From the NCBI GenBank assembly GCA_050122055.1, contig JASFJM010000001.1, forward strand, positions 1 through 45,687: a stretch of 45,687 nucleotides of DNA, given 5' to 3'. The notes under the pieces were generated by a model. It did not search any database. It had not been told where the DNA came from and saw nothing but the letters and a program-made list of their open reading frames with translations. Positions 8,272 through 16,389 of the stretch are shown in pieces. Numbering within the stretch: the stretch's first letter is position 1; each line of letters opens with the position of its first letter. Origin of the DNA: Gammaproteobacteria bacterium (GTDB lineage: Bacteria; Pseudomonadota; Gammaproteobacteria; Steroidobacterales; XN24). The translations under genes and the position numbers were made by a program.

Positions 8272-9156
8272 TTGATCCATCTTGTCGATGCCAGCGTATT
8301 CGTGTTCCGCGCCTGGTTCTCCATCCCCGACCGGATGATCGACGCCGAAGGCCGTCCGGTCAATGCGGTTTACGGTTACACCGGATTCCTGTGCGATCTG
8401 CTCGAGCGGGTCCGCCCGTCCCATCTGGCGGTCGCCTTCGACGAGAGTCTGACCACCTCATTTCGCAACGAGATCTATCCCCGGTACAAGGCGAACCGGG
8501 AACTGCCGCCGGCAGAACTGGAGCAACAGTTCGGGTTCTGCCGGGACATCACCGGCGCCATGGGTATCCGTCACTTCGCCCATGAGCGGTTCGAGGCGGA
8601 TGACATCATCGGCACCCTGGTGTGGCGGTGCCGGGCTGAAGCGATGCCCAGCACTATCGTCAGCCGGGACAAGGACCTGGCGCAGCTGCTGCGCGCGGGC
8701 GACGTGTTCCTGAATCCGGTCGACGATGTTTCCTACCAATACCGGGACATCGCTGGAAAGTTCGGGGCGCTGCCCGAGCGGATGGCTGATTATCAGGCCC
8801 TGGTCGGCGACAAGGTCGACAACATTGCCGGTGTACCCGGCGTCGGCGCCAAGACTGCCGCCGCTCTCATGGCACAGTACGAGTCGCTGGAGGACCTGTT
8901 CGACAATCTGGACGAAGTTGAGACACTGCCGATCCGCGGCGCCAGAAGCGTGGCCCGGCGGCTGCGCGAACACCGGGACGCGGCATTCCTCGCCCGGGAA
9001 TTGACGCGCATCGTCACCGATATGCCGATAACGGTCTCGGCTCAGGATCTGCTTCTCCAACGTCCGGACGAGGAAGCGGTGATCGACCTGTACGATCGTC
9101 TGGGCTTCGGACCGCGACTGCGGCAGCAGCTCGCGCGCCTGGTGGCCGGTCCGTGA
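8272..9156 (+). CDS. 5'-3' exonuclease (PIN/H3TH, Pol I N-terminal-like flap nuclease)
   Basis: A TTG start is preceded by GGAGGTAAGG. Motifs are LVDASVFVFRAW, FEADDIIGTL and VGDKVDNIAGVPGVGAKTAAAL (H3TH). Confidence 0.9.
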   Translation: MIHLVDASVFVFRAWFSIPDRMIDAEGRPVNAVYGYTGFLCDLLERVRPSHLAVAFDESLTTSFRNEIYPRYKANRELPPAELEQQFGFCRDITGAMGIRHFAHERFEADDIIGTLVWRCRAEAMPSTIVSRDKDLAQLLRAGDVFLNPVDDVSYQYRDIAGKFGALPERMADYQALVGDKVDNIAGVPGVGAKTAAALMAQYESLEDLFDNLDEVETLPIRGARSVARRLREHRDAAFLARELTRIVTDMPITVSAQDLLLQRPDEEAVIDLYDRLGFGPRLRQQLARLVAGP

Positions 9157-10043
9157 GCGCCGCCATCCGGGAGGCGCTGGCGGAGATCGGCGGGCAGCTG
9201 GGCCGGGACCTGAGCGCCGCGTCAGCCCGACCGGTGGGCGGAGGCTGTATCAATGCTGCCTGGCGTCTTAGCTGCGGTCAGGGCGACGTGTTCCTCAAGA
9301 CCAACGAGCCGGGCAGCTTGCCCATGTTCGAGGCGGAGGCCGAGGGCCTGGGCGAGCTTGAGAAGGCGGGAGGCATCCGCGTCCCCGAAGTGCTCGGCTG
9401 CGGAGTCAGCGGTCAAATCGCCTGGCTGGCGCTGGAATACGTGGAGACCGGCCGCCCCGGGGACGAGACGGAGCGGCAGCTGGGTGCAGGTCTGGCCCGG
9501 CAGCACACCTGCCTCGCCCGTCATTTCGGCTGGCACCGGGACAACACCATCGGCAGCACACCCCAGCCGAACCCGGCATCCGACAGCTGGCCCGCATTCT
9601 TCTCCCGATATCGTCTCGGCTTCCAGCTGGATCTGGCCCGGGACCAGGGTTGGCCGGCCCGGATGATCGATGCCGGTCGCCGGCTGCAGCAGACCGTGGG
9701 CGCATTGTTTGCTGACGGCGAGCCTGAGCCGGCCCTGCTGCACGGCGACCTGTGGGGGGGCAACTGGGCTGCCGACAAGGATGGGGCGCCGTTCATTTTC
9801 GACCCCGCGGTCTATTACGGGCACCGGGAGGCCGACTTGGCTATGACCCGGCTATTCGGCGGATTCGGGCCGGATTTTTATGCGGCCTACGAAGAGCGCT
9901 GGCCGACGGATCCCGGCGCCCCGGTGCGGACCGAGTTGTACAATCTTTATCACGTCCTCAACCATCTGAACCTGTTCGGCGCGGGATATCTCCGCCGCGC
10001 AGAACAGATGATCGGGTCCCTGCTTGCGGAAGTCGGCCCCTGA
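9153..10043 (+). CDS. fructosamine/ketosamine kinase family protein
   Basis: The GTG start overlaps the previous stop (GTGA). The family signature reads LLHGDLWGGNWAADKDGAPFIFDPAVYYGHREADLAMTRLFGGF. Confidence 0.9.
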   Translation: MSAAIREALAEIGGQLGRDLSAASARPVGGGCINAAWRLSCGQGDVFLKTNEPGSLPMFEAEAEGLGELEKAGGIRVPEVLGCGVSGQIAWLALEYVETGRPGDETERQLGAGLARQHTCLARHFGWHRDNTIGSTPQPNPASDSWPAFFSRYRLGFQLDLARDQGWPARMIDAGRRLQQTVGALFADGEPEPALLHGDLWGGNWAADKDGAPFIFDPAVYYGHREADLAMTRLFGGFGPDFYAAYEERWPTDPGAPVRTELYNLYHVLNHLNLFGAGYLRRAEQMIGSLLAEVGP

Positions 10044-10044
10044 A

Positions 10045-10761
10045 TCAGATCGGCTCGCACAGGATGCAGATCGATGTGCCCTCGGGCGCCCGCAGGGTCA
10101 GGCAGGGTCCTTCGGACACGGCGTCCTCGCCGGACGCCGGCGCCAGATCCCGTTCGCTCAACAGCTCCCCGGTCCTCGCCAGATCTGCACTGGCGAAAAC
10201 GAGCACCGGCGGCTCGCGCCGGGATGATTCGTAGACGCAGAGGTCGATGCCGTCACTGGTCAGCGCGGCGCTGGCTCCCGGGCCTTCGCTGACGTCTGTG
10301 GCGACGAAGCCCATGGACTCCCAGAACGCGACGGCTTCATCCAGGCGTCTGACCGGATAGCGGTATTCGCGGAAGAAACCGGCCGCCGGGGGCGGCGGAG
10401 GCGTCGAGGGCGGTGAGAAGGTCCGGGCCTCGAGCAGAGTGATCATCTGGCCGTCAGGGTCGAGGAATCCCAGTTCGTTGAACTGATCCTCCCCCGTCTT
10501 GATGAATTCCGGAGGGATGTCGCGGGCCTCGAGCTGGCGGGCAAATTCCGCCAGCCGCGGCCGCACCCAGACCAGGGCCGGGGAGGCGAATTCGTAGGCG
10601 TGCAGGCCGACTGCGACAGTCCCGTCCGAGACCACGCCATATCCGTGCTTCCAGATGTCGCCGGCGACCGCCTGGGTCAGGCCGAGACGCTCGTAGAAGC
10701 CGAGCGACTCCAGCAGTTCCGGAGAGTAGATGCTGATCTCGAGGAATCTTCCCAGCGGCAT
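10045..10761 (-). CDS. VOC (glyoxalase/bleomycin-resistance/dioxygenase) family protein, two domains
   Basis: Two tandem VOC-like modules are present (EISIYSPELLESLGFYERLGL... and YRYPVRRLDEAVAFWESMGF...). The stop is separated by 1 nt from the convergent kinase stop. Confidence 0.8.
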   Translation of the reverse strand: MPLGRFLEISIYSPELLESLGFYERLGLTQAVAGDIWKHGYGVVSDGTVAVGLHAYEFASPALVWVRPRLAEFARQLEARDIPPEFIKTGEDQFNELGFLDPDGQMITLLEARTFSPPSTPPPPPAAGFFREYRYPVRRLDEAVAFWESMGFVATDVSEGPGASAALTSDGIDLCVYESSRREPPVLVFASADLARTGELLSERDLAPASGEDAVSEGPCLTLRAPEGTSICILCEPI

Positions 10762-10764
10762 GAC

Positions 10765-11871
10765 TCAGGCGCCGCTGGCGGCGGCCCGTTCGCCGCTCTT
10801 GCGGCGCTCGGCTTCCAGCGCCTCACGGTCCCAGGCCGGCGAAGCCTCCGGCCAGCCCTGGAGATGGCGCAGCACCAGCTGGGCCAGAAAACTGATGTGA
10901 TCCCTGCGCGCGTTGAGCGCAGGGATATAACTCAGCTGCTTACCGCCGGATTCGACAAACAGCTCCTGGTTCTGCATGGCGATCTCCTCGAGCGTCTCCA
11001 GGCAATCCGCCGAGAAGCCGGGACAGATGACATCCACACGTCTGACCCCGGCTTTGCCCATGGCCTCGAGGGTCTCGTCTGTGTAGGGGCGCAACCATTC
11101 CTCGCGGCCGACCCGGGACTGGAAGCTCAGCGTCCATTCGTCATCCTTCAGGAACAGGGCCTCGGCCACAAGCCGCCCGGTCTTCTGGCATTGACAGTGA
11201 TAGGGGTCGCCGGCCAGCAGATATCGCCGCGGGACGCCGTGGAAACTCATCAGCAGGTGCTCGCCCCGGCCATGGCTGGCCCAGTGTTCGCGGACGCTGG
11301 CCGCCAGGGCGGCGATGTAGCCCGGTTCGTCATGGAAGGCGCCGATGAAGCGAAGCTCCGGGATCCAGCGCCATTTCATCAGAGCGGCACTGAGGGCATC
11401 GAAGACGGTGGCGGTCGTGGTCGCCGAATACTGCGGGTACATGGGCAGCACCACCAGCCGACGGACGTTCCTGGCCCGCAGCTCCTCGAGCGCGGAGGCG
11501 ATCGAGGGTTTGCCGTAGCGCATACCCAGGGCCACGTGCACCGGGGCCGGCAGCGCGGAATCCAGTTCCTTCTGCAGCGCCTTGCGTTGCTTGAGGGACC
11601 AGCTCATCAGGGGCGAGCCCTCATCGGTCCAGACCTTGGCATAGGCCTCGGCGGAACGGCGCGGTCGCACACGCAGGATGACGCCGTGGAGGATCAGCCA
11701 CCAAAGCGGCCGCGGCAGTTCGATGACTCTCGGGTCCCAGAGGAACTCCGCCAGATAGCGGCGTACCGCCTTCGGCGACGGATCGTCCGGCGTGCCGAGA
11801 TTGACCATGAGGATGCCGAGGCTGTCCTCGCTTCCGTGCTGATAATCGGCCTCGCCGATAAACCTGGGCAT
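10765..11871 (-). CDS. hemH: ferrochelatase
   Basis: Motifs are LGILMVNLGTPDDPSPKAVRRYLAEFLWDPRVIE, VLPMYPQYSATTT and SFHGVP. The start at ATG 11871 (MPRFIGEAD) has a GAGAGGA SD; the track start at 11991 is too far upstream. Confidence 0.95.
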   Translation of the reverse strand: MPRFIGEADYQHGSEDSLGILMVNLGTPDDPSPKAVRRYLAEFLWDPRVIELPRPLWWLILHGVILRVRPRRSAEAYAKVWTDEGSPLMSWSLKQRKALQKELDSALPAPVHVALGMRYGKPSIASALEELRARNVRRLVVLPMYPQYSATTTATVFDALSAALMKWRWIPELRFIGAFHDEPGYIAALAASVREHWASHGRGEHLLMSFHGVPRRYLLAGDPYHCQCQKTGRLVAEALFLKDDEWTLSFQSRVGREEWLRPYTDETLEAMGKAGVRRVDVICPGFSADCLETLEEIAMQNQELFVESGGKQLSYIPALNARRDHISFLAQLVLRHLQGWPEASPAWDREALEAERRKSGERAAASGA

Positions 11872-11978
11872 GCCGTCCTCTCTTGCCTGAAAGCCTGTGG
11901 GAATTAGATCATACTTGGCAGGGTGCGGATCAAGGTTGCCGCCGGCGGCCGCGCTCCCGCAGTCGACGGAGATTCTAT

Positions 11979-12359
11979 ATGGAAGTGGCACCCGGTTCCG
12001 GGGATCGCGAGCGGATCGATACCATGCGCCGGCGGCGCCTGTTCCGGGACCTGCTGGCGTTCCAGGCCAAGCTGCTGATCGATGCCCTCAAGGACTTGTT
12101 GTTGAGCCCGCTGGCCGTCGGCGCCGCGATCATGGATTTCGTCAACCCGAATCCGAGGCCCGGCATGCACTTTTATCAGGTGCTGGACTTCGGCCGTCGG
12201 CTCGAGGCGAGGATAGACCTGTTCGGGGTCCGGGGCCGGCACCGGGGCGACCGACCCGACTGGACCGTGGACGAAGTGCTGGAGCAGGTCGAGTCGCGAT
12301 TTACCAAGGGTCAGGGTACGAGTACGAAGACATCGGGGGGAGGCAATGAAGACCGCTAG
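11979..12359 (+). CDS. hypothetical protein (divergent from hemH)
   Basis: ATG 11979 has a GGAGA SD 7 nt upstream. It contains one amphipathic/hydrophobic segment (LFRDLLAFQAKLLIDALKDLLLSPLAVGAAIM). The 3' end overlaps the next gene by 14 nt. Confidence 0.5.
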   Translation: MEVAPGSGDRERIDTMRRRRLFRDLLAFQAKLLIDALKDLLLSPLAVGAAIMDFVNPNPRPGMHFYQVLDFGRRLEARIDLFGVRGRHRGDRPDWTVDEVLEQVESRFTKGQGTSTKTSGGGNEDR

Positions 12360-12684
12360 ATACCTGATTCTGCTGGCATTGTTTCTGGCGGGCCGGGCCG
12401 AAGCATTCCGCGTCGACATCAACGTCAACCTGGAGGGCCTGGAGGTGGAGATCCTCCGCGTAGACATCGACGAGGCGGTGGTCCTGCGGGTGAGGAATTA
12501 CGAGGATGGTGAGATACGCTGTGATTTCGAATTCCGCAACGGACCCGAGGTCGCGCGTGAGCGCAGGGTCTCGGTGGAGGCCGGAAAGGACCGGGTCGTC
12601 CGCTGGACACCCAGCCGGCAGGTCGTGCGGGTACGGGTCGGCGGCAGCTGCTGGCGCAGCGACGAGGCGAACGCGGCAGCGTGA
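12346..12684 (+). CDS. small secreted beta-rich protein (hypothetical)
   Basis: The signal peptide reads MKTARYLILLALFLAGRAEA, and a GGGGAGG SD is present. Its stop overlaps the start of the next gene (GTGA). Confidence 0.55.
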   Translation: MKTARYLILLALFLAGRAEAFRVDINVNLEGLEVEILRVDIDEAVVLRVRNYEDGEIRCDFEFRNGPEVARERRVSVEAGKDRVVRWTPSRQVVRVRVGGSCWRSDEANAAA

Positions 12685-13100
12685 AGAACTACCTGGGATT
12701 CTTCCTGGAGAGCCTCTACCGCGCGACCGGCGGCGAGACCCAGCAGCAGGATTTCCTTACCCGATTCTATGAGTTGTTCACCGAATCGTCTCCGGATGTG
12801 GCGGCCCGCTTTCAAGGGGTGGATATGGACCGGCAGAAGCGGATGCTGGGCCGGTCGCTACAGGAGATGACAGACTTCTCCACCAGCCGCGCCGCCAGCG
12901 AGCACCTGCGCCGGACCGCCATGCGGCACAGCCGCTGGGACCGGGACATCCGCCCCGATCTCTACGACCTGTGGCTGGAGAGCCTGATCGCCACCGCGCA
13001 GGAGTTCGACCTGGAATTTACCGAAGAGATCGAACTGGCCTGGCGGGTGGTCCTGGCGCCAGGCATCGCCTACATGAAATTCAAGTACGACCATCGCTGA
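12681..13100 (+). CDS. single-domain globin-like protein
   Basis: A GTG start. The globin-fold pattern is FLTRFYELFTESSPDVAARF (B/C helices), LRRTAMRHSRWDRDIRPDLYDLW (candidate proximal His) and ELAWRVVLAPGIAYM (G/H helices). Confidence 0.7.
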   Translation: MKNYLGFFLESLYRATGGETQQQDFLTRFYELFTESSPDVAARFQGVDMDRQKRMLGRSLQEMTDFSTSRAASEHLRRTAMRHSRWDRDIRPDLYDLWLESLIATAQEFDLEFTEEIELAWRVVLAPGIAYMKFKYDHR

Positions 13101-13112
13101 CGGTGGCGTTCC

Positions 13113-14837
13113 TCAGGCGACGTCCCGTCCGCTGATCAGATCCTCCAGGCTCGGTGGCTTGTGTCCGGGGCCCATGCGCCCGGTCTTCAGCCGGTCCATG
13201 TAATCCCGGTAAGCGCGCATGGCCTGCCTGCCGAAGATCCACATGATCGGGATATTGGCGAACAGCATCACGCCGGTACCGATGCCGGTCAGATTGTCCA
13301 GCTGGGCATCGGTGGTGATCAGGCCTGCGGTGGCCACGACGATCAGGCCGCAATAGACCAGCTTGTAGGGCATCACCGAGCGTTCCCCGGCCAGATAGAT
13401 CATCCCCTGCTCGCCGTAATAGCTCCAGGAAATCATGGTGGACAAGGCGAACAGCCAGGCTGCCAGCGTGACCAGCCATTTTCCGAGGCCGTCCTGGACG
13501 GTGTCGAAGGCGCGGGCGGTGAGTGAAGCGCCGGGATAGTCGATGAACAGACGGGCATTCAGCAGACGCGGCTCGATCGGGCTGTCGAGTACCCCCCAAT
13601 CGATCACGGGGCGGCTGTTCGGCGCGGCGGAGATGGTGCCGAAGATCTTGTGCAGCTGGTTGCCAGCCTGTTCGTTGTCGTGGGCCCTGACGATCATGAA
13701 CACGGTTTCGCCGTCATGCCATTCCGAATCCGGGCTTAACGGCGCCGGTACCGATTCCAGCGTCCACTGGCCCGACTCGCTGCGCTGGATCTCGGGCGGG
13801 ATGCCGAACTCGCTGTCACCGCTGCGGTTCCAGACTCCGGTGGAGAGGATGACCAGGGCGGTGAAGGTGCAGACGATCAGGGTATCGATAAACGGCTCCA
13901 TGGCCGCGACCACGGCCTCCCGGACCGGCTCCCGGGTCTTGGCCGCGGAGTGGGCGATGGGGGAGGAGCCCTGTCCGGCCTCGTTGGAGAACAGGGCCCG
14001 CTTCATCCCGAACAGGAATGCGTAGCCCATGGTGCCGCCGAGGAAGGCGCCACCGGCTTCGGTGGCGCTGAAAGCGGAGACGACGATCAGCCTGAGCACC
14101 TCCGGCAGGGATCCGGCGTTCACTACCAGCACATAGGTTCCCGCCATCAGATACACGGCCACCATGATCGGAACCAGGCGCCCGGCGACGGCCCCGATGC
14201 GTTTGATGCCGCCGATAATGACCATCCCGACCAGCACCGCCAGCACGATGCCGGTCGCCACGCCCGGGACGCCGAAATAGCTGTGGGTGATCTCGGCCAC
14301 ATTCCAGGCCTGGAACATATTGCCGCCGGTGACGGTGGAAACCAGCAGCGTGATACAGAAGATGCCGCCGATCAGCTTGCCCACGCCCGCCAGCTTCGGG
14401 TCGAGGCGAGCCAGACCCTTGCTTGCCACCCACATGGGCCCGCCGTGAGGATTGTCCGGATCTTCCGTGTTCCGGTAGAGCATCGACAGGGTGACTTCAG
14501 TCAGCTTCAGCGCCATGCCGAAGAAGCCCACTATCCACATCCAGAACACTGCGCCGGGGCCACCCAGGGCGATCGCCAGGGCGACGCCGCCGATGTTGCC
14601 CAGGCCCACCGTCGCGGAGAGCGCCGCCGAGAGGGCCTGAAAGTGATTGATGGCGCCCGGATCCGCCGGATCGTCATAGCGGCCCCGGAGCACGTGGCTG
14701 CCGTGGCTGAGCGCCCGGAATTGGGAGAACCCGCTCCATATCGTGAACACGACACCGGTCCCCAGCACGGTGATCAGGACGGCGTTGTGCCAGAGCACGC
14801 CATTGATCGCGGACATGATGCTGTTGAGACTTTCCAT
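13113..14837 (-). CDS. alanine/glycine:cation (sodium) symporter, AGCS family, with an extra loop domain of about 100 aa
   Basis: Motifs are FQALSAALSATVGLGNIGGVALAIALGGPGAVFWMW and FSNEAGQGSSPIAHSAAKT. The start is at MESLNSIMSAINGVLW (ATG 14837). Confidence 0.92.
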   Translation of the reverse strand: MESLNSIMSAINGVLWHNAVLITVLGTGVVFTIWSGFSQFRALSHGSHVLRGRYDDPADPGAINHFQALSAALSATVGLGNIGGVALAIALGGPGAVFWMWIVGFFGMALKLTEVTLSMLYRNTEDPDNPHGGPMWVASKGLARLDPKLAGVGKLIGGIFCITLLVSTVTGGNMFQAWNVAEITHSYFGVPGVATGIVLAVLVGMVIIGGIKRIGAVAGRLVPIMVAVYLMAGTYVLVVNAGSLPEVLRLIVVSAFSATEAGGAFLGGTMGYAFLFGMKRALFSNEAGQGSSPIAHSAAKTREPVREAVVAAMEPFIDTLIVCTFTALVILSTGVWNRSGDSEFGIPPEIQRSESGQWTLESVPAPLSPDSEWHDGETVFMIVRAHDNEQAGNQLHKIFGTISAAPNSRPVIDWGVLDSPIEPRLLNARLFIDYPGASLTARAFDTVQDGLGKWLVTLAAWLFALSTMISWSYYGEQGMIYLAGERSVMPYKLVYCGLIVVATAGLITTDAQLDNLTGIGTGVMLFANIPIMWIFGRQAMRAYRDYMDRLKTGRMGPGHKPPSLEDLISGRDVA

Positions 14838-14974
14838 GGGACTCCGTGTAGTCCGGGTTTTCTCGGGCGGGAGCGGCAACCGTCGCGGCGGCCATGATGG
14901 AGCCTGCTGCGGACCTTGGCAAGGTAGTGTGCGGCCACAGTAGAATCCCGCTTCTGCATCGAGGCCCGGGATTC

Positions 14975-16339
14975 ATGCGCAGCAATCGCAATCAGCAAAC
15001 GGCCCTGGGCCACGGCATCCGTCTGCTGGTGCTGGCGGGCCCCCTGATCGCCAACAATCTGGCGATCGCCGGCATGGGCTTTGCCGACACGGTGATGGCC
15101 GGGCGGCTCGGAACCCGGGATCTGGCTGCGGTGGCCGTGGGCGGCAGCGTGTGGATGGTGGTGTTCCTGTTCGGTCTCGGTGTGCTGATGGCCATGAGTC
15201 CGACAGCGGCCCACGCTTTCGGCGCCGGTCGCGATACCGAGGTCGGCATCTACACCCGGCAATGCCTGTGGCTCAGCCAGCTTCTGGCGGTAGTCCTGAT
15301 GCTGGTGTTGTTCCGGGCCGACGCGGTGCTGTCAGCCGTGGGCGTGGACCCCGCGGTGATCCCGTTGACGGCCGGATATCTGGACGCCATAGCCTGGGGT
15401 CTGCCCGCCATGTATGCCTACCTGAGCCTGCGCTTTATGAGCGAGGGAGTCGGCTGGACCCGGCCGATCATGTACGTGGCCGTCCTCGGACTGGTGGTCA
15501 ACGTGCTCGGCAACTGGGTCTTCATGTACGGCAAGCTGGGTTTCCCGGCCATGGGGGCGGTCGGTTGCGGCGTGGCCAGCGCGGTGTCCATGTGGGCGAT
15601 GTTCGCGCTGATGGCGGTCTATGTGGGGACCCAGCGGCGCTACCGGCGATTCGGACTGGCGGCGAGATTCGATCCGCCCGATGCCGCCCGGCTGCGGGAT
15701 CTGCTGGCCCTGGGGCTGCCCATCGCGGTCAGCGTCGTCTCAGAGGCGGGTCTGTTCAGCGCGGTGGCGGTGTTGATGGGGACGCTGGGAGCGACCGTGG
15801 TCGCCGCCCATCAGATCGCCATCAACTTTGCCGCAACGATGTTCATGATCCCCCTGGCCGTCCACTCCGCGCTGACCATCCGCGTGGGCCATGCACTGGG
15901 GCGCGGCGATCCGGAACTGGGGCGTCGGATCGGCATCATCGGCATCACCATATGCGGCGGGCTGATGACGCTGTCGGCCCTGTTGCTGCTCCTGTTCAGG
16001 GCGGACATCGCGGCCTTCTACACCGGCGACGGCGAGGTGCTGCCGCTGGCCGTGTCCCTGTTGACCATGGCCATGATCTTCCAGATCTCCGATGGCCTGC
16101 AGGTCGGCGCCGCCGGCGCCCTGAGGGGTTTCAAGGACACCCGGGTGCCGATGTTCATCAACTTCGGCTGCTACTGGCTGGCCGCGTTCCCGGCGGCCTG
16201 GTATCTGGGTGTCGAACTCGCGCTGGGGCCCCAGGCCGTCTGGGTGGCCCTGATCATCGGTCTGTCCCTGACCGCCCTGTTCCTCAATCTCCGGTTCCGG
16301 GTCGTGTCCCGACGGCGGCTGCAGCAAGCGGCGGTATAA
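14975..16339 (+). CDS. MATE family efflux transporter (NorM-like)
   Basis: The start is MRSNRNQQTALGHGIRLLVLAGPLIANNLAIAGMGFADTVMAGRLG (ATG 14975). It has the 12-TM MATE pattern, including GALRGFKDTRVPM. Confidence 0.92.
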   Translation: MRSNRNQQTALGHGIRLLVLAGPLIANNLAIAGMGFADTVMAGRLGTRDLAAVAVGGSVWMVVFLFGLGVLMAMSPTAAHAFGAGRDTEVGIYTRQCLWLSQLLAVVLMLVLFRADAVLSAVGVDPAVIPLTAGYLDAIAWGLPAMYAYLSLRFMSEGVGWTRPIMYVAVLGLVVNVLGNWVFMYGKLGFPAMGAVGCGVASAVSMWAMFALMAVYVGTQRRYRRFGLAARFDPPDAARLRDLLALGLPIAVSVVSEAGLFSAVAVLMGTLGATVVAAHQIAINFAATMFMIPLAVHSALTIRVGHALGRGDPELGRRIGIIGITICGGLMTLSALLLLLFRADIAAFYTGDGEVLPLAVSLLTMAMIFQISDGLQVGAAGALRGFKDTRVPMFINFGCYWLAAFPAAWYLGVELALGPQAVWVALIIGLSLTALFLNLRFRVVSRRRLQQAAV

Positions 16340-16389
16340 TCCCGGTCCCGTCAGAGCCGCGGCCCGCCGCCGCGCGCTGGCCCGGAGAG

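Noticed and set aside
10043-10045. Convergent fructosamine-kinase and VOC genes whose stop codons are separated by a single nucleotide
   Set aside because: This is real but unremarkable. There is no room for a terminator or regulatory element, and the arrangement is probably just compact genome organisation.
14838-14974. Checked for a glycine riboswitch or other leader upstream of the alanine/glycine symporter
   Set aside because: I could not find the conserved glycine-riboswitch core (GGAGAG...ACCGAAGGGGCAA-type elements) on either strand of the 137-nt divergent gap.
15151-16389. N-terminal 413 codons of the 1031-aa ORF 15151..18246
   Set aside because: This part is an alternative frame of the MATE transporter gene, rich in Arg, Gly and Pro. 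The real DUF885 gene begins at ATG 16390, with an SD and a lipoprotein signal peptide.
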